A stretch of DNA of 64,000 nt from Cyanophora paradoxa CCMP329. Taxonomy: Eukaryota > Plantae > Glaucophyta. The notes below the pieces were generated by a model that saw nothing but the letters and a program-made list of their open reading frames with translations, had not been told where the DNA came from and ran no database searches. The translations under genes were made by a program, and so were the position numbers. This document shows, one piece after another, positions 42,620-54,607 of the stretch (the first letter of the stretch is position 1; every line of letters starts with the position of its first letter). The DNA is taken from positions 1 through 64,000 of the forward strand of contig QPMI01000054.1 in NCBI GenBank assembly GCA_004431415.1, written 5' to 3'.

Positions 42620-44840
42620 AAGCGGATGAAGGACCTTGAGGACAGCGTTGAGCAGCTGGCGAGCGCGTGGCCACTTCAGCCGCTGCATGTGCCTGAGCGC
42701 CGCTTCCTGCGCGAGCTCGCGATCGGTCGTTACGACGGTAGAGGTAGAAGGGGAAGCGGTATCGGGAATCTGGGCGCACGCGGTCGGCAGCGTCGCGGTC
42801 GGCGTGCTCAGCGCGCTCCGCTTCCCGCCGCGCCTGCTCGCGCAGCGCCTCCGCCCGCTTTGCCTCCTCCGCTGCCCGCTTCCGCTCTTCCACCTTGGCC
42901 GAGATCTTCATCATCTGCGCGGGTGCGCTTAAGCTTGAGCGATGGATGGACGACAATGACTCGCAATCGCACTTCAAAAAGACTCTCGAGGCTCTCGGGT
43001 GTCAATTGCAATGAGATACCCGGAGTACCCGCTTTCAAATTAATGCAAGCAGGCATCTTTCTGGTCTCACGGACGAACGCGCGAAGTTTCTGGAACGCGC
43101 GATGGGTAGACATAAATCAAGTACGAATGCCAGGCACATCATGATCACCTGAGAGCAGAAGGAGGCGAGGGCCGCATCGTGCTTCCTAGACAACAATGCA
43201 AAGATCGACTCGAAGAAACGATCGCTCTCCTCATTTACCAGCCCACGCATTGCTTCGAGCAACACGAAACCGCGCTGCGTCGGATCAGCTCTTGAGAATC
43301 ACAAATCATACGTATACTCCGGAGGTAAACGTTAACGGCGTACGCGTAAAAATGCCGCGGCCTCGACGAAGTGATCCGACTCTAAGCTCAAATTACCGAG
43401 CCAGTGCAGGATGCGCGGAAGGTCTCTAGATCTGTTTTCGCAGCGCCACTGCTCCGTTTCAAGGACCACCCGCTGTGCGTCCAAGTTGCAGCTGATCATA
43501 AAAGATGCGGGCCGGGTCAGGGGGCACGCCCACCTTGAGGCACGACTCGCCCCTCGCCAAGTCCAGGCGCCTTTTGACAAGCAGCTCTCCAAGGACGCAG
43601 AGCGCGTCGGCCAGGAAGCCAGATTTCCTGCAAGCCTCGCACGCTGCTTCCGCAATCTCCAAGTGCAACTGCATCGAGTTCTGTGATGCCGACTGCAAAA
43701 AAGCACACGCACACCTCCAAGATTCGAAGCTTTTCATCGAGTTCGTACAGCTCCGCGATCTGAAGGAGCAGAGAGCCCCGACGGCAGCAGCGGATCGCCA
43801 GTCGCCGTTCATCCCCCGACGCGCGGTCGCTCTCGTTCGCCAGCTGCGTATGCACGCGATTCAGCCTGGCAGGGGGCCGAGAACATGCAGTGCTGCGCGG
43901 AGGGCGCGTGAATTTTCGAAGCTCACCTGGGCGTACCTCCGTGCATTATCTCGCTCCTTCAGCCCGAGGCAGGATCGGGCTAGGAACGAGTACGCAGTTG
44001 CGACTTCGTCGCTGTTATCACCAAACGTGGTGAATCGCTGTATGATATCCAACACGACCTACCGAGAGCAGCGGTACCGGTTCTTGTAAGCTTTAAGTTT
44101 CAAAGCTCCGCGCGCCTCGAGCTCAAGCTGTAGCTCTAGACTATAGCACGAACCAGCATAGTCTTCTTAATGGACGCGTATTCCAAACGATGCATGTGAT
44201 CTCCGGCGAAGCACGCGGAGGCATAGCTGAACGCGTGATGCACAAGCGAGTCTTGCGAGGCGGCGCCCAAGAGCTCGTCCCTCCGAGCCTCGCACGCGAA
44301 GAGACGGGGCAAGAGGTAGCGCTGCAGACAGAGGAAGCTTAAGCATGCACACGTCATTTGATCACGAGCACTGGTAACCATCAGATCTAAATTTCTCGAG
44401 CACCTCGTACAGATTGCGGGCTTTGCTGTGCATTTTGCTTCTGAAGAGGAGGTGGGCGAGCCGGAGGGCGAGCGCGACGGACGCGAGGCGCTCTTCGCCC
44501 AGCTCGGCCACGCAGGCTTCGAGCTCGCCCTGCGCACGTGCGCAAATTACCCATTTTACACGAGTCGAAGGGCGGGCAGTCGCAAACCTACCACCGGGCC
44601 GCACAGGCCTCGAGCTCCGAGCCGCGGACGTCATTGCATTCGATACAGGCCGGCATTTCCTCCAGGTGAAACACGAAGTCTTCGCAGAAGCACGAGCCCG
44701 CCACCCCGGTGGGCGAGCGCGCCTCCTCGCACTCCTGGCACGCGCATTGGTACTCGCACGCCCACGACCGAGGCTCGGGCCTGCGCCACCGAATTGCGAA
44801 AGAAATCGTAAGCACATATATAGCACCGGGAAAATGCCAT
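42620..44840 (-). CDS. Helical/TPR-like multi-exon region, probably the 5' part of the CCCH-RING gene
   Basis: Exons with TPR-like helices (EVATAYSFLARSCLGL, LADALCVLGELL) and a coiled coil (EERKRAAEEAKRAEALREQ). Model incomplete. Confidence 0.4.
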
Positions 44841-46548
44841 GCTAGTGCTGGACCTCGAGCTCGCGCATAAGCACGCGCACCGGGAACACTCCGCGCATTG
44901 ACAATCCTTGCAGGGGCATGACCACGTCTCCGGATCCGCCTCATGATCAGCCGCGGGGCTGCAAAATGGCTCACGATCAGAATGGGGCCGGAGAGGATCG
45001 TGAGTAGAATACATATGACCAGTCCTATCGTGCAGCCACACCTGGACTGTTCTTCTGCAACAGCATTCGCAACTCTTGACGTCGACTGCGGACCGTGGTG
45101 GCCGTGGGGCCAGGCCGGGTGAGAGTGAGTTTCTAGATGTCGCGATCCTGCGCATGCGGCGACCGCGACCACGGCCGCGGCCGGGCCATGGCCACGCGTA
45201 CGGTGCGAACCTCGGAGTTCATTTCAGCTCCAGACGTAGATGCAGACATAGATAGAGCTGTGTGAACTTGTGTCGTCGTACCGATATGACGGCGCCCGGG
45301 CGGTGCCGGCCGCGGCGCGAGCCACGCTACAGGTAGTGTCGCGTGCGCCCTGGCTCGAGCTCGAGCTTGAGCTCACGTGCACCCGCGGGCCGGGCCGGCT
45401 CGCTAACCTACGCCCGGACGATCGCGAATTCGAAGACGTCGACTCGCCGCGCGCGGCGCGCGCAGACGGTCGGCCCTCCGGGCCCGATGACCGCCACGAT
45501 TGCGGGCCTGGTGGCCTGTCGCTGTGGCTTTCCGGTGCGAACTGCAGTTGCGATTGCTCGCAATCGCGTGCGCGCGGCCGGCCGCGCCCGCGGCGCGCCC
45601 CGGCTCCCGGGCCGGGATCGTGATTGGTCGGTGCTCAAACCCTAAAGGATGTTCATGGGTCATGAATCATGATCAGCCACAGAGCGCGCGCGCGCACGAC
45701 TCGCGCGACTCGGCGACGCACGCGTACGGGCGACGGCCGCGGCCGCGACGTCGACCACCTGTCGCCTCCGCTCGCTCGCGCGCGCGAGCGAAGATCTCCC
45801 CTATGCTTTGTTGCCCTCCCGGCGTGTTGGTCGCCTCCGGGGCTCGCTTCCGACTGGGCGGCGCGCGCCCTTCTGGAAGCGAACGCTGCCGATGCAGCTG
45901 GCGCGCCAGGCCGGCCGCGCGCCGTACCGGCGTACCAGGCCGCGGTGTGAATCGGGGTGCCGAAGCACGCTTAGGCCGCTCTAGCTTGCAAGCTCTCGCG
46001 GTACGCCCCCCCCCCCCCCCCCCCCCGCCCCCGCCCCCCCCCCCCCTTCCCCCCCCGCGCGCGCGCAGACGAGCTGACGGAGCCGTATACGTACGGGCCG
46101 CTGCGCATGCCGCGCAATGAGCAGTGAGAGCCCCAGCGCTAGGGCTAGCGTCGACGTCCCAAAAATCAGCCCCAGCGCTAGGGCTAGCGCGCGTCGACGT
46201 CCCGCAAGCGTTTTGGAAGAGGTCAAACGTCCTGGAAGAGTAAATGAAATTGCAGTTGGAGATTCAGGAAGCGCTACAGCTAGGGACAGAGGGCTGGGGT
46301 GGCAGGGCGCCGGCGAGTGTCATAGTATCCGCGGGCAGACGATTGACAGGGTTCAGGCTGCGGGTCCAGCTCGGAGGCAGGGCGCAAACGACCCAGAATC
46401 AGCGCCGGCGATCATCCCGGAAGCTGAAGGATGCTCCGATCGAGTCTGCGGGAAGCCGTGCCGCTCCTAGCTAATGGAGGGCGCCGAGCGCCGGCGAGCG
46501 CCGCTGAGCGCCATTGTGCTGAGGGGAATGGGCGATCGTGGCTGGAAG

Positions 46549-47015
46549 CTATCGCTTCTTCTTGCTGTTCTTCGCCGCGGCGCCCTGCATCTGTGCCTGC
46601 TGCCGCTTCTCCTTCGCTTCCTCCTCCTCGGTCGCGCGCCACGAGACTGGGTTCCGCTGATACAGGAAGGGCCAGTCGACGAGGCAGAGCTACGAAGCGA
46701 GCGATTGAGACGCAGAATGGCGGAACGCGGGCGAAGGCGGCGCACCGCGCAGGAGATGGCGAGCCCGACCCCAAAGACGTTCATCATCGACCGGATGTTC
46801 TGCTGCACGAAGCCGACGACGAATCCGACCACCTGAGACGTAGCGCCGCGCTCGAAGGCGTCGCCGCGACGCGTGGCGGGCGAGCGGACCGAGAAGATGA
46901 GGATGATGGCCTGGTAGAGCCGCTCGCACAGCTTCTGGCCTTCGAAGTCCTGCGCGAGCAGCTTGAGCGTCCGGGATAGGCCGGGGCGCGCGCGGGGGCG
47001 GACCATTGAGCCCAT
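46549..47015 (-). CDS. SPCS1: Signal peptidase complex subunit 1 (SPC12)
   Basis: Spliced MGSM|DFEGQKLCERLYQAIILIFS|VVGFVVGFVQQ...GLAISCA|LCLVDWPFLYQRNPVSW, matching the SPC12 family signature. Confidence 0.92.
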
Positions 47016-47246
47016 CGTCGTGGCTTCTTGTGTGCTGTACCCTGCCGCGGTCTTTGGTTCTGGCTTTTGCCGAGCCCCTGCCAGCTCAAAAGCTCTCGCT
47101 GTCTGACCGGGACACGCGCAGCGCATCGGCCGCGAGCAGGGCGAGTCGGAGGGCGAGTAGAACCAGTCCCGCAAAGCTCCCAGGATTGCCGGCGGGCCCA
47201 CCGCTGCCAGCCGCCCGAACGCTCTAGCGAGCCGCCGACTTCCGGT

Positions 47247-49671
47247 ATGCAGGGCGCGTCTGCGCCCGGAGGCGCGGGGCGCCCGCTGCGGAATCCCGGC
47301 GCGGGCGCGGAGCTCGAGGAGGAGTTGCTGGCGCCGCGCGCGGATGCAGAGAAGAACGATCCGCCGGCGCAGCCTTCGGAGCGCCCGGCTGCGCGAGCCG
47401 AGCCGCCCGACGGGGTCGAGGTCCCCTCGCGCTGGTCCCTGCAGCTCGGCGCGGGCGACCTCCGCATCGCGGCCGTCCCCGGCCGCGGCCTTGTCTTCCA
47501 CGCCTCGGAGCGGGCGCGCCGCCTCCTGACCGGCGCGCTCGTCGCCGGCGGCGCGCTCTTCGTCCTCGTCTTCGTCGCCCTCGCCGCCGCCGACAACGTC
47601 CACCGCCTCAGCGCCGTGCTCGGCCTCGCCGTCTTCGCGTCCATCGCCTACCTCTGCAGCGACAACAAAAAGGCCGTGCGCGCGCCCGCCGCGCTGCCCC
47701 GGCGCCGGCGCCCTCCGCCCCGCTGACGTCTGCGCGCGGGGCCAGATCTCCTGGCAGCCCGTCCTCTGGGGCTTCTTCCTCCAGGTACCCCCTTCCGGCT
47801 TCTTCTCTCCCCTCTACCCCTCACCCTTTCCCCAGTTCTTCCTCGGCGTCATCATCCTCCGCACGCGGCCGGGGTATGTCGTCTTCGAGTTCCTGGGGCG
47901 AGGTGCCCGGCCCGTACCCCCCTCCCGGACATGTAATCCTCCTAAATCTGGGTACCCAGTCTTCTCGAACTTTCTGGACAACAGCGACGCCGGCTCGCTC
48001 TTCCTCTTCGGACCGAAGTTTGCGAACCACTTCTTCGCGATGAAGGCGCGCGCTCCGCGAACCGCATACCCCCTAGTCTCGGGCCTGTGCGCTAATGGCG
48101 CACCCCCCGCAGGTCCTCCCCACCCTGGTCTTCTTCTCTGCCTTCATCTCCGTCCTGTACTACGCCGGCGTGCTCCAGTGGGTCGTTCAGGTTGGCGGGT
48201 ACAGAGATTCTGGAGGGTACCGCAGTGTTCTGAGCCCCGCCGGCGTTCCGCCAGATCCTGGCGGCGCTCATGCAGCGCGTGCTCGGCACGAGCGGCGCCG
48301 AGAGCCTCTTCCTCATCTTCGTGCGTACCCCCCTCGCGTTTCCCCCATCCCGCCGTCTTACTTACACGTACCCCCCCTCAGGTCCACCTCGTCGGCAGCT
48401 CCGAAGCTCGCCCACTCCAATCCCCCGGTATCCCCCCGGGCCCTGACCGCGTACCCCCCAGGCCTCGCTCTTCATCAAGCCGTACATCTCGGCGCTGACG
48501 CACTCGGAGATGCACATGGTCATGACGGGCGGCTTCGCCACCATCTCGGGGTACACCCCACCCAAATCTCCGGCTGTACCCCGGCCTCACTCCCCCCCCC
48601 CAGGTCGCTGCTGGTGGTGTACATCCAGATGGGGGTGCCCTCCTCGCACCTCCTCGCCGCCTCCGTCATGTCCACCCCGGCCTCCCTCGCCCTCTCCAAG
48701 GTCCCGCAGCTCCCGCCCCTCCCCTCTCCCACCTCACCTAGGGTACACAGCTGATGGCGCCGGAGACGGGGGAGCCGAGCACGCGCGGCACCGTCAGGCT
48801 CCAGCACGTCGAGGTCCGACGCGCCCCAGCCTCTGCCGCCTCCCTCCTTCCTCCCTCCCTCTCCCTCCTCCTGCTCGCCGCCCCTCACGGGGCCGGGGGT
48901 GCAGCACGGCTCGAACCCCGTGGACGCCGCCCGCCTCGGCGCCGCCGAGGGTGCCCCCGCCCCGCCCCTCCCACCCCCCTTGCTGCCCCCCTGAGCCGTC
49001 CCGCAGGCCTCAGCATCGCGCTGCACATCCTCGCCATGCTCGTCGTCCGCTGGCCCCTCTCCTCCCTTCCACATCCCCCCCCGGCTCAGGGTAGCCCGGG
49101 CAGGCGTTCCTGGGGATCCTGGCGGCCGTCGACGCCGGCCTCTCCGCCCTCGGCCAGGTCCGTTCTCTCCCCCCCCCCGCCCAGCGGTGGCCGAGCGGGG
49201 CCTTCCGGGGCCAGCTCTTCGGGCTGGCGGCGGGGGCGCTGACCCTCGAGGCGGCCCTCGGCCTCCTCCTCCGCCCCGCCGCCTGGCTCATGGGTGCGCC
49301 CCTTCCTTCTTCCTCCTTGATCCCCGCCCGCCCCGCCAACTGCCCGCAGGGGTGCCGTGGGGGGACTGCGCGGCGGTGGGGACGCTGCTCGGCCGGCGCA
49401 CCCTCCTCAACGAGTTCATCGCCTACCTCGACCTCAAGGTCCCCGCTTCGATGGGATTATCTTCTAGGTCCTTCTAGAGCGCGGGCGGGCCCCGGCTCCG
49501 CTCGCTGCCTGGGCCTCGCGCCCACTCGCCCCCGGGGCAGGCGATGATGGCGGCGGGGCGGATCGGGGAGCGGGGCGCGGCGATCGCGACGTACGCCCTC
49601 TGCGGCTTCGCCAACCTCGGCTCCATCGGCGTCACCGTGGTGCCGCACCCCCCGCCCCGCCCCGCCCCGGC

Positions 49672-49711
<40 letters not shown>

Positions 49712-49856
49712 CCTGCCCTCTGAGTGCCGGCAGGGGTGCCTGGGGTCGATCAGCCCGGGGCGCAAGGCGGACGCGGCGCGGCTGGGCCTGCGGACGATGC
49801 TCGCCGGCTCCCTCGCCCTCTGCATGACCGCCGCCGTCGCCGGCATCCTCGTCTAG
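47247..49856 (+). CDS. Concentrative nucleoside transporter (CNT/SLC28, NupC family), many small introns
   Basis: ISWQPVLWG..LQF, VLPTLVFFSAFISVLYY, MTGGFATISG, HLLAASVMSTPA, LNEFIAY, YALCGFANLGSIG. Confidence 0.93.
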
Positions 49857-50101
49857 CCTGGCCCTCGCCGCACCGCACCGCACCGCCTCGCCTCGCCCGG
49901 GTCTCGAGCCCTGTAGCGCTATTTGTAGTGACCTTCAGTAATAGGGACTAGTCGTGGGTCTTTCAGGCAAGCAGACCACGTGAATTAAAGCACAGATTAC
50001 CGAAATAATCGCAATCATGCATAAGAAGATAGAAAGGATACGATTACACAACTATAAATAGTAGAGAACTATAAGGAACGCAAGGTGCCTCGGGCTCGAG
50101 C

Positions 50102-51202
50102 CTATGGGACGGCCGACTTGCCGAGGCCCTGGTGGCACGTCAACCCGTTCCCGTTCCTCAGATTCGGGTCCGCCCCCTTCGAGATCAGGTACTCCCCTGG
50201 GGGGAACAAGTGAGAGGGGGTACGCGAATTGGAAGAACGGGGTACGCGAACCGAGGTCCGTGTACTTGTACGCGTAGCAGAAGTGCAAGACCGTGTTGCC
50301 CGCGTTCTGGGGGGAGCGTTAGCCAGGGGCTGCAGGGCGAAGCGGGGGAGGGTACGGGCGCGCGTTCTGCATGTTGATGTTGGCGCCCCACCTCAGTACG
50401 AGCTTCGCGATCCGTTTGTGGCCGTTCTGGCCGCATATGTGAAGGAGCGTGTTCCCGTGCTTGTTCCTCGTCTGCGGCGCGGCACCCCCTTCAGCCCAAG
50501 CCGACTCGGCGCCCGGCCGGGGGGCGACTCACGTCTACGGGAAACCCTCTGTTCAAACAATCTTCGACCTCCCGATACTTATTGTGCCTACACCTGCTGT
50601 ATACCTGCGGCGGCGCGGCGCGGGAGCGCGTGAGGAGGGGGCCTCTCGAGGCGAGCGGGCGGCTGGGGAGTCGCCGCCCCGGTGCTCCGCGGCGCACCTT
50701 CGATATCTTGTCCTCTGTTAGATCCTCGAAGCTCATCCCGGCGACGAGGCGCGCGGAGGCATCCGAGAGGGCGGCCGAGTAGGGCCGGGGGATGCCGACG
50801 CCGGCGCCCTGGGCGGCCGAGGCGGCCTGCAGGGCCCCGATGTTGAGCCTGAACGTGTCCGCGTCGCTCGGAATGACCCGCATCCCGTCCTCGTCGTACT
50901 CCGCGTCTGAAGAGCGTCGCTCGGCCTCGGAGTTCCCGGGAGAGGCGCGGGGACGGGCGCGGCGCACCGCGCGGGGTGTAATACGACGTTCCCCAGCTTA
51001 TCGAGGTCGATTCGCTGCGCGGCGTCTCGAAGCGCGAACTGCTCCCCGTGTCGCTGGAGCTGCTGCTCAGTGCCGAGCTGGCACCGATGGCGCCGATAGC
51101 TAGGACGCGCGGGGGCCGAGCCGTTGAGCGTGGGCCCCGTGGAGGTGGGGGCGGGCCCATGGGCGGCGCCAGGGAGCCTGGCAGCGGCTGTAATGCGTCC
51201 AT
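50102..51202 (-). CDS. Ankyrin-repeat protein
   Basis: SRCRHNKYREVE...NKHGNTLLHICGQNGHKRIAKLVLRWGANINMQN|..GNTVLHFCYAY...YLISKGADPNLRN. Confidence 0.88.
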
Positions 51203-51491
51203 GGCATCGGCGTCCGGCGGGGCGGGCCCCGCGCGGTATAGTTCCGCACGAGGCGATAGCCGCATCTCGGCTGAACTTTTCCTAGTGCTAAAGCTGCCGT
51301 TGCTGCATCGCGGTGAAGGGGGGGCTATCTACGGAGGCTTTTCGCGTACCCGGGAATTGCTAAGAAGGACAGGCCGGCCAGCAGAGCTAGCACCGCATCA
51401 GCGGCAGCGCGGGAGCAAGCCGAGTGACGTAAAGCACTTGCAGGAAGAACCGCAACGCGCGCGGAGCCCGGCATAGCGAGCGGCGCGAGAG

Positions 51492-54392
51492 ATGCCGCCG
51501 AAAGGCGGAGCGAAGGCTGGGGGCAAAGGTGGCAAGGATGCGAAGCCCACGACGCCCAGGGATCCCGATGAGCCCCCGCCGCCGGACCCCGAGGAGGTCA
51601 AGCGCCAGGTCCAGGAGTTCTGCACGAACGAGGTCGAAGTGCTATGGCGCAACGTGCTGGAGATCGTCACCGAGAAGTACTACGAGAGCCGGGAGCTGCC
51701 GTTCTCGATCGAGCGCGTCTGCGAGGACATGCTCGGCGTCGTGGACGTGCGCCCCTGCCGACCCCGCGCCTTCCGGCCCCAGCTAAGCGCTCCCCGCAGT
51801 GGTACTACATAGAGCACGACCCAGGCGTGCAGAACGCGCACGAGGACCCCTCCTGGCTGCAGGACGCCGGTGCGAGCGCGCCCCGCCGCGGGCCTCCCGC
51901 CGGCGCCGCCGGCGCTGCCAACGCAGCCGGCCGGGGCAGAGCCGACGCCGACGCCGATCGACACGTGGGCGAGGGCGGTGGTGCCGGTGAGGAGGCGCTT
52001 CAAGCTGGAGCTGCACCAGAACCCGTCGGCGGGGAGCATCGGGCCGGGCAGCGGGCGGCGCGTCGGCTCGAACCGCTCCCGCCCGGGATCCCGCGGCTCC
52101 CGCCCCGGCAGCGCCCGCTCCGCCATCTCGCCCATCGCCTCTGAGCGCTCCAACGCCGTCTCTCTCAAGGAGGGCAGGCGCGCCCGCCCGCCCGCCCCGG
52201 CCGCCCTGCCCGCCCGCCCGCGGCCCGCCCCGCCCCCCCAACCGCCGCGGCCCGCAGCGTGTCGGGGGGCCCCGGCAAGGCGGGGAAGCCCTCGAGGCCG
52301 CAGGCGAGGAAAATCGCGCTGCCGTCCGTGGTGCGGCGTACCCCCCTCGCACGGGGCGGGGCCGGGGCACCCCGGCTGAGCGCCCGCCCGCCCGCCGCCT
52401 CGGCGCAGCCGCAGGGGAAGGAGATGCAGGTGACGGCGTCGTACCGGGAGGAGATGGCGCAGCGCGAGGCCGCCGAGCGCATGCAGCGCAAGCTCGAGGA
52501 GGAGATCAAGACCGAGCAGGTGCCCCCGCCTCCGCGGCCTCCCGGCCGGCCGGCCGGCTCGGCCCCGGTTCGAATCGGGGCCCCGCTTCGCGCGCAGGTG
52601 AAGTTCGCGAAGCTGAAGAAGGAGCTGGAGGGGAAGGAGTTCACGTACGACCGCAACGGGAACATCATCGTCATCAGCACCCTAGAGCCCGACAAGCTCC
52701 CCTCCGGCAGGTCCGCCGCCACCCATGCTCGCTCGCTTGTTCGAGGGCCTTGGAGGGAGCCGGGCCGACGGGGGCCGCCCGCAGCGTGAACCCGCGGGTG
52801 GCGCTCCAGCCCACGGCGGAGGAGGAGGCGGCGGCTGCGGCGGCAGCGGAGCGGGCGAAGCGGGGGGGGCGGGGGGCGCCCCCCAAGAAGGACCCGCCGA
52901 CGGCGGAGCAGAAGCGGGCGGCGGCGGCGGCGAAGAAGCGGGCGGCGGAGGGGCCCTACGGGCAGCGCGACGTCGTCCTGCACGCCGCCGCCTCCCAGCC
53001 CCCCGTGGCGCGCCCCGGCCCGACCCGAGGGGCGCGGGAAAGCCGAGGCGCGGCGCGAGCTGACGCGGGCCGGCTGGCGCGCAGATCGAGACGATCACGA
53101 TGAAGGCGGGGGTGACGCTGCGGGACGGCGGGCGCACGAAGGCGGGGCCCCGGCCGCCCCCCGACGAGCGCCACATGAGCCGCAAGGACTTCACGGCGCG
53201 CACGCCGTACCCCCCGCCGTCCTGCCCCCCTCCCCCCCCGCCCTGACGCGTCGTACCCCCCGCAGGCAACGTTCGGCGGCTCGGGGGTGCTCCGCGCCAT
53301 GCAGAGCGGTGAGCGGGCGGCTTTTCGGTGCAGTCGAGCCAGCGCGCTGACGCCCGCCTCAGGGACGAGGACGAGCACGCGACGACGACGCCGGCCGCCG
53401 GCGTGCGGCCGGCCGCGGCCGGGGGCCCGCGGGCCCGACCCGCGGCCCTCGGGGACCTGCCCCTGGGCGGCGTGCCCTCCGCCTCCGCCCTCGCCGGCCC
53501 GGGCGGCCCGAGCGCGGCGCCGCAGCGCCGATGACGGCCGGGGGCGGCGTGGACGCGATCCCGGACACGGACCTGCTGGCGGCGGCGCGGGCGGGCGCCC
53601 CGGGCCGGCGTGGCGGCGGCGGCCGGCGGCCCGGCGCCCGACGACCCCGCCCTCCGCCTCGTCTCGGCCCCCGACTGGGGCCAGAACGTCCCCTCCGACC
53701 CGGGCGCCTTCTCCGGCCCCGCCCGCCTCCCCGCCGCCCCCGCCGCCAAGGAGGGCGCCCTCGGCTCCAGGCCCCGCTTCCCCCGGGACCGGCCCTACGT
53801 CAACAAGTCGCCCCCGCGGCACCTGCCCCCGCCCGTCGCCCCCAACACCACCGGCCACGGCTTCAACACCGCCTACTTCGCCGACGTGCGCGCTGCTTGT
53901 TTCTTCGTTCGTTCGGGCCGCCGCTGAGGGGTGCGGGCGCAGCTCTCGCAGGTCGCGGTGCCCTCGCGGGACGCGACGGCCCCCGGGGCCAGCCTCGGCT
54001 TCTCCCTCGATCGCAACAGCACGGCCGGGGTGCGCGCTCGCGTCCTCCCGCGTCTGCGTTTCCTCCCCCCGGCCCGACCAGCGACTGACCTCCCCCCGCG
54101 CAGGGCCAGGCGCCGCCCAGGGCGCCTTCCGTGGCCACGAACGCCGGCACGTACCCCCGCGAGTTCGCCAAGGTGGGCCCCGCTTCCTCCCCGCCCCCCT
54201 TCCTCCGCTTGGGAAAGTGCCTGACCTAGTCGAACCCAGATCCCGCCGGAGAGCCAGATCCGGACGATGAACCCGCGCCTGGCCTCGGCCCTGGTCTCCT
54301 CGTCGCCCAACCCGCCCGCCAGCCGGCCCGACAGCCGCGCCTCGGGCACCGGCGGCGCCGGCCGGCCTGCGGCCCCCGCGCAGGGCTCCTAG
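51492..54392 (+). CDS. C2orf81/DUF4639-like protein (probably flagellum-associated)
   Basis: MPPKGGAKAGGK start. WYYIEHDPG...DPSWLQDA|EPTPTPIDTWARAVVPVR matches the recalled family motif. Multiple introns. Confidence 0.6.
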
Positions 54393-54607
54393 CTGCAGGC
54401 AGGCCCCGCTGCAGGCTCCCGCTTTCTATAGCTAAAAGTAGGCTCTAGCTGGCGCGATTCTGAAATTGAATTGAAGGAAAAAAGCTTGCAATGCTAACCT
54501 GCTATGTAAACAACGTGCGGGCGGGACGCGGGCGCGGCGCGGGGATGGGGGCGGGGTCGCCCCCTACAAATACACTGTAAATATTTTAATATGGGCACGG
54601 GCCCCGC

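Noticed and set aside
44940-46230. Short ORFs with hydrophobic segments (GCTIGLVICILLTIL; ALALALGLIFG)
   Set aside because: No coherent exon chain could be built, and the second derives from a local 30-bp duplication (46129 and 46168).
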